Assembly: GCF_009914755.1 (NCBI RefSeq)
Contig: NC_060933.1
Origin: the human T2T-CHM13v2.0 reference genome, Homo sapiens
DNA: 64,000 nucleotides
Direction: 5' to 3' (one strand)
Positions within the stretch are counted from its first letter, which is position 1. Each line of letters starts with the position of its first letter. The position numbers were made by a program, and so were the translations under genes. Positions 33,101-44,280 of this stretch are shown piece by piece. The notes under the pieces are model-generated. The model made no database searches. It was not told the origin of the DNA and saw only the letters and a list, made by a program, of their open reading frames with translations.

Positions 33101-33830
33101 TTTGTTTGTCCATTTTGCACTGCTGTAAAGGAATACCTGAGAATGGGTAATTTATAAAGAAAAAAGGTTATTTGGCTTATGGTTCTGCAGGCTGTATAAG
33201 CATGGCACCAGCATCTACTCAGATTCTGGTGAGACCTCAGGAAGATTTTACTAATGACTGAAGGCAGAGGGGGAGCATGTATGTCACATAGTGAGAGAGG
33301 GAGTGAAATAGAGAGGAGGGAGGTTTCAGACTCAATTTTTTTTTTTTTTGAGACAAGATTACACTCTGTTGCTTAGGGTGGAGTGCAGTCATGCAATCAT
33401 GGTTTTCAATGCACCGCAGCCTTGGCCTCCTGGGCTCAAGTGATCCTCCCATCTCAGCCTCCTGACTATCTAGGATCATAGATATGTGGCATAATGCCTG
33501 GCTACTTTTTTAATTTTCAGAGAGATGGAGTCTTACTATGTTATCCAGGCTGGTGTTTAAATCCTTGACTTAACTAATCCTCCCACCGTGGCCTCCCAAA
33601 GTGTTGGGATTACAGGCATGCACCACTGCTCCCAGCTGACTTTTCTTAACAATTAGATTTTGTGGTAATTCATGGAGTGATAACTTACTCAATACCACTG
33701 GTAGGACATCAAGTCATTCATGAGGGAGCCAGCTCCATGACTGAAACACCTCCCACCAGGCCCCATGTCCAACACTGGGGATCACACTTCAACATGAGAT
33801 TTGAAGGGGACAAGAACCCAAACTATATCA
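33101..33830 (-). mobile_element. MSTB-like MaLR solo LTR containing an AluJ
   Basis: MST body ending 'aactatatca'; 5-bp TSD TATGC 33096-33100 / 33831-33835. Confidence 0.9.
33336..33637 (-). mobile_element. AluJ
   Basis: Diverged dimer with J-type 'cctgggctcaagtgatcctccc'. Confidence 0.92.
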
Positions 33831-35109
33831 TATGCATTATTTCTGTTTTTCCTCATAACTTACCCCATAATTAGGCACTACTAATAGTCCCAATTTTACA
33901 GATTAGGAAATTGAGGCTTACAGTTAGTAAATGATTTGCACAAGCTTAAGCTGAAGGAAAACAGTAGATTTGAACCAGTCTCCTAATCACTGCAGTATAT
34001 TGTTGAGTGGATGAAAAAAATGGAAAGGACAGCTTGTTGCTATTCATCAAATTTTTTGTGATACTAGAAATTGGGATAAACCTACTTTGTTTAGTTTTTT
34101 TTTAGGTCTCCTCTTATAATAAACTATTAAAGTAGTTTAGATAAGACTTTAACAGAGGTTTGTCTTATCTCTGGAAAAGTGGAATCAGTCTGGGATTTAC
34201 TATTAGTTCTAGAGTAGACTAAATGACTCGCACCTTAAACATTTAAAAAAGAAAGTATCAGCATAAAGCTGTAGTCTGAGTAAGCATTAGAGAGCTCATT
34301 ACAGACAAGTATTGGGCAAGACATTTAAAGAGTAGAATAACAAGCAGAATACGATTTACAGAATGGCTAGCTGAACAGATAACATTAAGTAATCATAGAT
34401 AACATTTAATAAACATATGATTTGATCTCTAAGAACATCCTTTCCTTTAAAAAGGAATATTTTTAAAAAGGAAAATTTCCTTTGAAAAGGAAAGAGTGTT
34501 CTTAGAGATCAGATGGTAATACTGTAGGGTATGAACCAGGAACCGGGAACCAAAATTCCATATTCTTTTTGCTCTGTGACTTTGGTCAAATTTTTCAGTT
34601 TCTCCAGGCCACTGTTTCCTAAGATGCATTATTCAAATTCAGTGAAATTCAACAGGTCTTTATTGATTGGCAATCATGCCCATAAATGGGCTTACAGGGT
34701 CTCCAAGTCTGCTGTCACATCTCACAACCAATGACTCCGAACTTCCCTCTTCAGTTCTCAGGGGATGAGAAAGCACCTCAGAGTGAGGTGCTTTGCCAAG
34801 CTTACATGACTAATTGGTAGCAGAAAACAGGTGATTATCACAACTGCCATTTTATACTATTAATACACTGTTAGCTAAAAACCACACCACACACATTGAG
34901 GAGTGTAAAATGTATGCATTTATCATCTATCACCCTCAGCAATGTTCAGTATAATCTCTGCATCATTTAAGAAATGTGGAGTATTTGGCAAAATTTCAAA
35001 AAGACCTCTGGAAATGAGAAAATGATGCTATAATATTACCTATTAAAACAAATGAAAGACAATCTCTTCCTTCTTTCTTTTTTCTTTTTTTTCTAAAGAG
35101 AAAGAGCCA

Positions 35110-35280
35110 GAACAACTGAGGTTGAATTCCAGTTCTCATATAGCTGCATGGCCTTGCCATCTGTGAATATCAACTTCCTCATGTCTAAAATGAGATGAGA
35201 TGCTTTGACCGTCCAATACGACAATGTATGTGAAAGTCCTCTATAAACAACTGAAGCACTACAAAAATGTTTATTGCTGT
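35110..35280 (+). mobile_element. MIR fragment
   Basis: 'acttcctcatgtctaaaatgag...aatgtatgtgaaagt...aagcactacaaaaatg'. Confidence 0.65.
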
Positions 35281-35449
35281 TAACTGAAGGTGCTTTGCTA
35301 AAAGAAATTCTTACGTTTTCCCATCTTCTTCCAGGACAGAGAAATTACTCTAAATAGTAAGAGAATAATTTCATCTTTAAAAAAGAATCAACTTTCTGAT
35401 AGTAAAACTTGTTAGATATTGTAGGCAGGGGGCAATAAAGGTACTTTAC

Positions 35450-35602
35450 CCTTTTAATTCATATTTTTAAATATTTTTTTAGAGACGGGGTCTTGCTATG
35501 TTGACCAGGCTGATCTTGAACTCCCGGCCTCAAGAAATTCTCCTGCCTCACCTCAGCCTCCCAAAGTGTTGGGATTACAGGCATGCACCACTGTGCCCAG
35601 CC
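35450..35602 (-). mobile_element. FLAM-type Alu left monomer
   Basis: Single monomer; degenerate TSD AATAAAGGTACTTTA / AATAAAGATATTTTA. Confidence 0.85.
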
Positions 35603-36734
35603 AATAAAGATATTTTAAAGCAATATTTTATCCAAAAAATTTTAAGAAGACAAACATATGTAGTATAATTTGCTCCTTAAAGCAGGAAGAAGGAATAGGT
35701 GATCTCTGATAAGGAAGATCCAATAGTAACAAACTGCGTAACATATGAAAACTATGATTTATCTTTTTGCTTGAAATGAAAAAGAGAAAGAAACTTGGTA
35801 ATATTTGTCTCAAATATCTACTTCACAATTGCCAGGAGTCCTTGTATAGTATGTGGTGGTCACATGTATTTTCGGGAGAAAATGTTTTATGTAGTCAGGA
35901 AATAATTTGATCTTTAATGCATAACTGAGTTCTCTGGGTGAAGACAAAGACCCTCAAAACAGTTCAGTGGGAATAGAAAACAACAGAGATGGCTGTGTGC
36001 ATTTCAGTCCTTTTTCCTGACAGCATGCTTAGGAATTCGGAGGCAGTGTCTTTTAACTGTATCGCCTTTATTTTCTCCAAAGAGCAATTTGGGGACTGGT
36101 GAGTTGGCATTTGCAAGAGGTTAAAAGAAAAAGAAAATTGTTACCCTGCTGTGAATTTGTTTGTGTGCCTCGTTTTATGTTTCTAAATAACAGCCTGTGG
36201 CTTTATTCAGTGTAATAGTGAACTGTATTTATAAGAGGCTGAGAGAGAAAAGTTTCTTAATTTAAAAAGTACGTGAGGGACCCAAGACATGGGCAGCAAT
36301 TTTTACTGCAAACTCTGCTCTTTCAGCACTTTGGTTGTTCCATTATATATAAACTGTTTCAGCAACCCGTACACAATATGTACGTTGTGTGTATGTTAAT
36401 GGCATTTAGGGTAAAATGAGAGAGCAGGAGAGTTCTGTTTGGTCAACTTTTTGTAATGTAAGAGCTCTCTGAGACCACCCAGTGTTACGGAGTGTCATTC
36501 TCCAGAGAGAATGATGAGGGACTGTCTGTTTATTACAAGGAGGGATCATTTATCATCGAGTGCTCAGTAGCACCAAGGATAGCACTGGCACCTGGAAGAC
36601 AGTCAATAAATTTCTCTTGAACTGAATGAACTGAATAAAATTCATAGGATTATGGCATTGGCCACCCCTATGGAAAGCTAGATGTGTCCCTTAAACAAAG
36701 TTTGGTTGATATTTCAGAAGGACCTTGATCAGTC

Positions 36735-36960
36735 TTCGTGGTTAAGAGCAGAAACTCTGGGTGGAATCTGCCTATGGACATACTAAGCATGTGACCTGGG
36801 TTAAGTTATCTCACTTTCAGTTTTCTCATTGATAAAATGGGAATTGTTATAGTGCTTACCTTATTCCATTGTTGTAAGGATTAAATGAGATAATCCATGC
36901 AAAGCTCTTAGAAGAATGTGTATCTCATAGCAAGTGCACAATAAATATTAGCTACAACTA
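36735..36960 (+). mobile_element. MIR, near full length
   Basis: 'gtggttaagagc...tgtgacctggg...aaaatggga...aggattaaatgagataat...caataaatattagcta'. Confidence 0.88.
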
Positions 36961-37357
36961 TTGCTCCTGGATAAAGACTTAGCGAACTAATTTCAAATGT
37001 GAATGTGAATGAATATAAACATGTATATATTCATTCTGACTGCAAAATGAATTGAGAGCTTATTATGTGGCAAGGTTCTGTTCACTACAGAGATAGAGGT
37101 GAACAAGTAAGACAAGTGATAAATAGTATATGCCATGAAGGAAAAAACAGTGATGTAGAAAGTGACTGGAGTGGGGGCTTGGGGTGTGGAATCTGTGGTC
37201 GGGATTTGGTGACATTTGCGCAGAGAAGGGTGGGTGACATCAAGAGCCAAGTGATGAGCCTTTCCTGGTTAGGGAACAGCAAGTGGAAAGGCCATGAATT
37301 TTTCAAGGAACGAAGCCACCATTGCTTGGCACGTGTACCACCATTAGTGTGGAAGTG

Positions 37358-37585
37358 TAAGCCTTCCAACCTTAGCACCATGGAAATTTTGGGCTGGACA
37401 GTTAATTATTTATTGGGAAGGTGGGTGCTGTCTTGCGTGCTATAGCCTGTTCATTCCTAACCTCTACCTACAAGATGCCAGTCACGTTCCTTCTCCAATT
37501 GTGACAACAAAATATGTCTCCAGGCATTGCCAGATGTCTCCTATAGGGCAAAATTATTCCCCATCTCCCCTGTTGAGAATCACTG
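37358..37585. mobile_element. MER20 (hAT-Charlie)
   Basis: 'ttttgggctggaca...tgtgacaacaaaatatgtctccaggcattgccagatgtc...gttgagaatcactg'. Confidence 0.85.
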
Positions 37586-40500
37586 GAGCAGTGAATAAGC
37601 AAGGAGGAGAATAGTTTTATATTGAATTAAAAATGTTGGGAGGGTTTTGGTAGGTTCTTCCTGAGCAACAATCCTAAGGCTTTATTGGCAAATCATTTGA
37701 CCTCACCATTCATCTCCTGACCAGAACATAACATCTGGATTTGTAAAAACTAAAGATCCAACTTCGTAGGCTTCCAACCTCAAGTGTCAGTTACAATTCT
37801 TTTCTTAAGCCTCAAGGCCTGTGACTTTATTTCTCTACTTGGAATACAAAGCGATAATATGCCATTTTTGCTTTGCCAGGTGAAATATGTAATACTGGAT
37901 TATAATTCTAACAGGATAATCAGTACTCGCAAGAAAAGTAAAACGCTATTTCCTTAAGCTCATAAAAGTGAACACTTGATGCATTTCATTAAGTAGGACT
38001 TGTTTTATCATACCTGAAAATTGAATTGAAAATAACTGTCTCTTCGGTGTCTTCAGTGATGTGAGGTTTGCATGCAAGCTGGCTAGGGATTATTTACCTA
38101 ACATGTGTAGATTTAAATTAAGTTATGAAGGTGAGGAGGAGCTAGTAATGTCCATTTTAATGCTTCTAAAGTTGTTCCCAGTATATCCAAAATATTAACA
38201 AATAACTTACTCTTTAAAATGGTTGTGATTTAACATTTCCTGAGGCTACATGATTGAGAGGTGTTTTTAGCTGCTGCAAAATCAACAATTTAACAAGACA
38301 TCCCTGATGCTACAATTTTTATGCAAAGAACCAGAAAGAGAACTTGCATCTGAATGGGTGTAACATTTGTCAGGATCAACTCTAAACTGATCCCAGTGGT
38401 TTGGGATCTCATTTCATCTTTAAACCATCATTTCTTCCTTGGACATCCTCTAGAAATTGGCTATCCTGGAATGTTATGCTCTGGGCAGAAAATTCCCCAA
38501 GAATATTTTCTAGATATCGATGGGAGTAGAAAAGGATCCTAGAAGCTAGTCTTTAAGATTACTTTCAGGAAATTTGAACAGTTTTCTTGTTTTGTTCTGG
38601 AGTTGTAAGATTCTGAAATTTTCTTACTTATCTATGAAGATTTCTTAGATTAGAATTAGTGACTGCCTTTAATTTCATTGTGTGTGATAGATGCTAGAAT
38701 TTGCAGCCATCCACAATATGAAAGAACTAAGTCAAGACTCTGGAGACCTCTGCTTTATGTCATGGTTAAAAACCTGTCCAGTTCACTGTCAGACTGTCCC
38801 CTCTAGGACTCGCTAACGTCTCAGATGCTATGACTTATGCTGAGTCACTTGGAAGTCCTTCAACAGATAATTTCTGCTTGGCACATGTATCAGGTATTTT
38901 AATCTTGTACCCTTCATCATTCAACTCATATGCTTCAGAATAATAACTAAAAATAATCCTTTACTAACAATGTCTCTTAGCTTTGGGAATCGATTTTTTC
39001 AGAAGCGGAAATTTCAAGAGAGGGAGGATAATTGAACTCAAGAATAGACTACCATGGGAATGTCTCCTTTCCTGGAGAACATAAAGAAGAGAGTATGTAA
39101 CCATCTGCTGGATGGACTAGACACAGCCTTGTCTGGGCTGGTGATCTCTTGCTCCCTTTCGGCTCTAGGCATCTAGGATATTTTGTGGAGGTAAAAGGAA
39201 AGCCATGAATTTTTTTTAGTACTGTGAATCTGTACCTTTGTTTTGTTTTGTTTTTTAAGTGTTGGTTCTATTAAATTGCTGAGTTAGTTTTTTGTCACAA
39301 AAAAGTACAAAGTAAAATGTGAAACTCAGCCCCATACCCCAATTTTATTCCTCAAAATAAAGGTTAACAGTATGGAGGGTATCCTTCTAGGCTTATTTCT
39401 ATGTGTGTATAAATGCATTTTACAAATATCATTTTTAAAGAAACTACATAAATATACATGAGTAGACATTTCTTTCCATCTACATTAGGTATGTATTTTA
39501 TTATAAAAATGGGAGTTCTTTACAACTCTTCTCGAAAGTACTCCCTCTGCCCTAACGTGTGTTTTGTTCTTCACCCCATTTCCTCAACCTCCATATTCAG
39601 TGCCACTGAAACCAAAGAACCCTTCTGAAAAAATGATGATTCTAACTGAAGGACAGGGATAGGGAAGATACAGAGAAGCCATAGCAGGCATATACCATTT
39701 ATAGTACGGTGAGTGTGCGTGTGTGTGTATATATATGTGTGTGTAAAATTTATGTGTCCTGATTTATGTAGGAAGTAGAAATGGGATCATTGTGGCTAAG
39801 GACATGCCATAATTTCCAATGTATCTTTCCTCAAAAGAGCTCAAGAAACTTCTGTAAGATATTTTGCTGTGAATTATTTCTACAAACATCATATAGCATC
39901 TTGCTATGCTCCAAGGAAGTTTGCCTGTCTGGACAGGGGTGAGGTGTACATGGGACTCTCCAGTGAACTTAAAATGGATGTCTCAGTTCAGGGGAGAGCA
40001 AGCCTGACAGTAAAAAGGGAAGAGGAGAAGGAAGCTCCAAATTTAATCAGTTGCAGGTACAGAAGGAGGAAATCACTTCAGGGCTAAACCAAGAGAAACG
40101 TCTTTATCCCACTTCCTGCTTACTTACCTCTTCTGTCTCATCTCCCATTGTCTACCCTTTGGTTCAAACGCCTTTTTCCCCCAGGGATTCTTTCATGATT
40201 AACCCATCTCTTCCCCTCACCTACATGTCCAATTCCTGGGCTCATACATCACACTGTGATTTTATCACATTACTTCTTTGTTAGAATGCATGTTTAAAAA
40301 AGAATCTCTGCATGAAACTAAAATTTATCAAGACAGTTTTTCACCTCTATATCCCCACCACTAAGCACAGTATGGTGTATAGTAGGTGCTCAATATATGT
40401 CAAGAAATGAATAAAAGTTCCATCACCTATTACAGTAGCATCATCAGAGCATCATATTAGTAACCTTACCTATAACCCCAAACCTTAAATGACATGGTTA

Positions 40501-41284
40501 TATTCCATTCATTTTGATCATTTTCTGGTATCACAAACAAAAATACACCCAACAACCTCCTATTAAACTTTTTTGAAATGATTTAAAAGAAGAAAAATTA
40601 ACAGAGATCATTATATGAAACCACATGACCGTCATAAATCCACAAAGTTTTTAAAATGTCTATCAAGTTATTTTTTTCTTTCTCTTTTATTCATGGTAGC
40701 TGTTTCTGTAAGATCTTCTTCTCCATGACTCGCGTGGGTGGATAACTTTCCTGCCCAGTAGGTTTACTATTTTGAAAGACAACTGTGCTTACACATTAAG
40801 ATGCAAGTGGTTTTTTCCTAGAGCCTAGAAATGGTCTCTAGAAATGTTCCACTGGCATTAAGACAAGGGACAGTGCCATTACTATATTTGCATAATGATT
40901 AGATAGAGGCTATTACTGACCTTCTTCTAGGACAGCCTGAACTCCCACCTAGAGTCCTTAAAAACCAACTGAATGACAATGAATAGTGCCCTTTTCTTTT
41001 TGCGTTTTCTATTTTATATTTCTGATGCTCAAAAACACATTTTGTTTAAATAATATCTCTCAGAGTCTCAATTACATCCATAGCAATATACACATATTTT
41101 TCTTATTCAGATTACTTTGCTCTCTTTCTCTCCTCAATTTCACTTCACCTATGAACTGAAAACTCTTTTCTCTTTTCCCAAGTTGGATGCCTTCTAAGTT
41201 TTACCTGACAATTTCCAGAATGTAAAGACAAAAACACAGGATAAAAAAATCCTTATCAGTAAACAAACCAACTAGTGAGGTTGG

Positions 41285-41325
<41 letters not shown>

Positions 41326-41345
41326 ATGTTTGCGTGTGTGTATGT
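41285..41345. repeat. Imperfect (TG)n microsatellite
   Basis: Read directly. Confidence 0.95.
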
Positions 41346-42191
41346 ATCTCCCCAGCATGGAAAGCCTACTTCAGCCAGGAATCACCCTGAGGCATTCTCA
41401 GCTGTGCCATCAATTAGGCCCTGAAAATACATCAAATATTGTTGTAACCTCTTATCTTTGTGTGCAGTCTGTACTACCTAGCATTTGAAGTATACTGCAA
41501 CAATGACTAGCTCAATACCTCAGAGTTTTCAAGAGAGTCTGGATTGACATCCCCTCCTAAGCCTCTTCCTCCCCATAAACAAACATCTCTTTCTCTATAT
41601 AGAACAGAATGGGGCCACATCATCCTGAATGGTTCTTAGAATAAAATAGTCATTGCTTCAGTCCTGATGTCCTCTGTGTGTGTGTTTGCCTTACTATGTA
41701 ATGGAGAACTAAAAATCTCATGCTTAATACAATGTAGAGAAAAGACTCTAGGAAGTTCATTTCACTATTTATCAAACATTCATTGTGCACTGAATACAAA
41801 GCAATTGATCCTACTTACTGCAGTCCCATTTTTAAATAGTTGGAAAATGGGAACATTGGCTCTCAAGAAGGTAGAATTTTTATGTACATGCTGATAGCTT
41901 CTATATTTTTTCAAGTTTCAACATTTGATCTCAACTGCTGATTGATTTAGAGGTGGGCTCATTAAAATCAAGATTCCAATTGTTATTTCAGGTTGCTGGT
42001 GGAGCAAGGGTGAGGTCAATGATATCTTGTTCCTTCATACCTCACAGCCCAGGAAGCAGAGAAGTCTAGGACTCCCTTCCCTGTTATTTTTCTTTCCAAA
42101 TTGCCTTGATGTTTGGGGGTGTTTTTCCACTTTTCTTGAGGTCAAAATAAAGGTGAAAATAGTTGGTTTAATAAGTAAGGAGTTCTATACA

Positions 42192-42815
42192 TGTATCTGT
42201 CAGGATCCAGTAAGGAGACAAACCACAAGTTATTTTAACAGAGAGAATTTAATATAAAAATTGTGAATTATTGGTTATTAAATAATTAAAAAGGTAAAAA
42301 TGAAATAATAAGGTATCCTGAGGATGGCAGGAAGCAGCTTCCACCCCTGAAGCTGGAAGCACAAAGAGTAGATGTTGGAATAACTAAGATGTAGAAACTT
42401 GGAAAAGCAGTTCCATATAGCTGGGACTCAAACCTTCTAGAAAAGGCGCTTCTTTGCTGGTGGTAGATATTCTGAGCCTGCAGTGCTACAGAGCTGTGAG
42501 TCAGGCCCCTGAGCCAATCATGTGGCTGGCTAGTGTTAATGCCTCTGAGGAGCATAATAAGACTGGCTTGTGAGTGTTAGAAACACTGCTAGAATCAACT
42601 GCTTCTAATGGAATGGAAAGAAAGCAAAAAGGAAGAAGCAAGTCCCTTCTTTCTTCCCCCACTTGGTAGTCTCCATCTACATTCTTTATCGGTAAACCAT
42701 AATAGGAACCAAGCTGGCAAAGGAGAAATGTGACTTGCAGAGTCTCAGCCTGATATCACCAAAGCAGAGGAGAAAAGGGTGTGTTTGAAGCTGCGAGAAA
42801 ATAGCTTAACACATG
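42192..42815 (-). mobile_element. Old ERVL solo LTR (LTR41-like)
   Basis: 'tgtcaggatccagtaaggagacaaaccac...agagaatttaatataaa' and 'agctggcaaaggagaaatgtgacttgcagagtc...aatagcttaa'; family name tentative. Confidence 0.55.
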
Positions 42816-44280
42816 GGAAAATATTATAAATCACCACTATATAAATATATAAATTTACTGTCTCTCTTTCTTGCTTTCTAATTTTTTCTTGTCTTTATAA
42901 AAACCTATAAACCTTCTTCCCATCCTAGGCACTTCACTTCACATATGCACGCCCGCCACTCTTGCATTTTCCTTTCTTTGCAAAGCTTTGTAAAGTGATT
43001 GACTATAAAAATAAAGTTTGCTTTATTCTTCTGGGTACAGAAAATAAAAGAAACAAAAGCTAGGGTGCCTGTATCACTCAGTGGTGTGCCAAGTGACCAA
43101 TTATCTTATAGAAATCTAGCCTTAATGTTTATAAGTTCATAGCCTTGTTGTTCCTTCCATATTCCCCAGGTGCCAGTATACACTCTGCATTTTACTGTAC
43201 CTGGACAGGGCTGCCATTAGCAATTGTATAAGTGTGTCCAGCCAAGAGAGTAAGGGGAGTGCTAGACACCACCAAGCCAAACACCCCGATGAAGAACTAT
43301 AGCTACAGAGGAGAAGAACTTTTCAGTTATTCACATAGAAATGTCATGTTGGCTAGCAGCAGCCCTTCACATTCTTCCCATATCCACTTATTTAAAACCT
43401 CAGGCCAGTGTAAATGCCGCCTCTTCCATGAAGCCTCTTTATCTCTCAGACCGAAAGAAATTACTATTTCCCTCCTTAGAAATGCCAAAGCACTTTAGTT
43501 TTGCCACTTTTGTTATTTGTAAGAATTTTTCCTTCCCTTAAAGCTACTTGTATACTTTTAACTTCTCAATAAGACATAACATTTCATTATTCATATTTGA
43601 AACTTTGATAATTATTTTCTTGTATGTATCTCATGCTCTTTTACATATTATTAATAGAAGTTTAATACATATTGTTTCAAAAATAAGTAAAAGACTGAAT
43701 AATAGTATGCTACTGGTGATGATTATATAATACCTAATTTTGAGATTACAAACCATTTTTGCAATTGCCACTGCATAAATGTCTCAAAAATTAGTTATTG
43801 AGTCATGAAATAAAATTTTTTTAACCAACTTTAAAACAAACAAAATTGGACTTTATAAAATTTTTAAAGTTGTGTTACAAATGATTCAAAAAAGTGAAAA
43901 GATAACACACAGAATAGGAGAACTTATTTGTAAATCGTATAACTGATAAGGGACTTATATAAAAAATAGGTATATGAAACCTCTCATAAGTCAATTACAA
44001 AAAGATAAATGACCAATTGGAAAATGAGCAAAGAATTTAAATAAACATTTCTCCAAAGAAGACATACAAATGGCTAATAGCTACAGGAAAAGATGCTTGG
44101 AATTATTAATAGTTAGGTAATGCAAATCAAAACAACAATGAGATACAACTTCATATACCTAGAATATCTACAACAAAATGGCAGAGAGTAACAAGACAGG
44201 ATACAGTGAAATTGCAACTTTCATATATTGCTGGTGGGAATATAAAATCCTACAACTGCTTTGGAAAACAGAAACAGTTC

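Larger units (their letters stand above)
33045..33990 (-). mobile_element. MIR split by an MST LTR (33045-33100 and 33831-33990)
   Basis: 'atttactgagcaattactatg' then 'cccaattttacagattaggaaattgaggct...gatttgaacc'. Confidence 0.75.

Noticed and set aside
35310-35362. Possible 22-nt exon (35335-35356)
   Set aside because: Good acceptor but weak donor (ATA|gtaaga); expected by chance.
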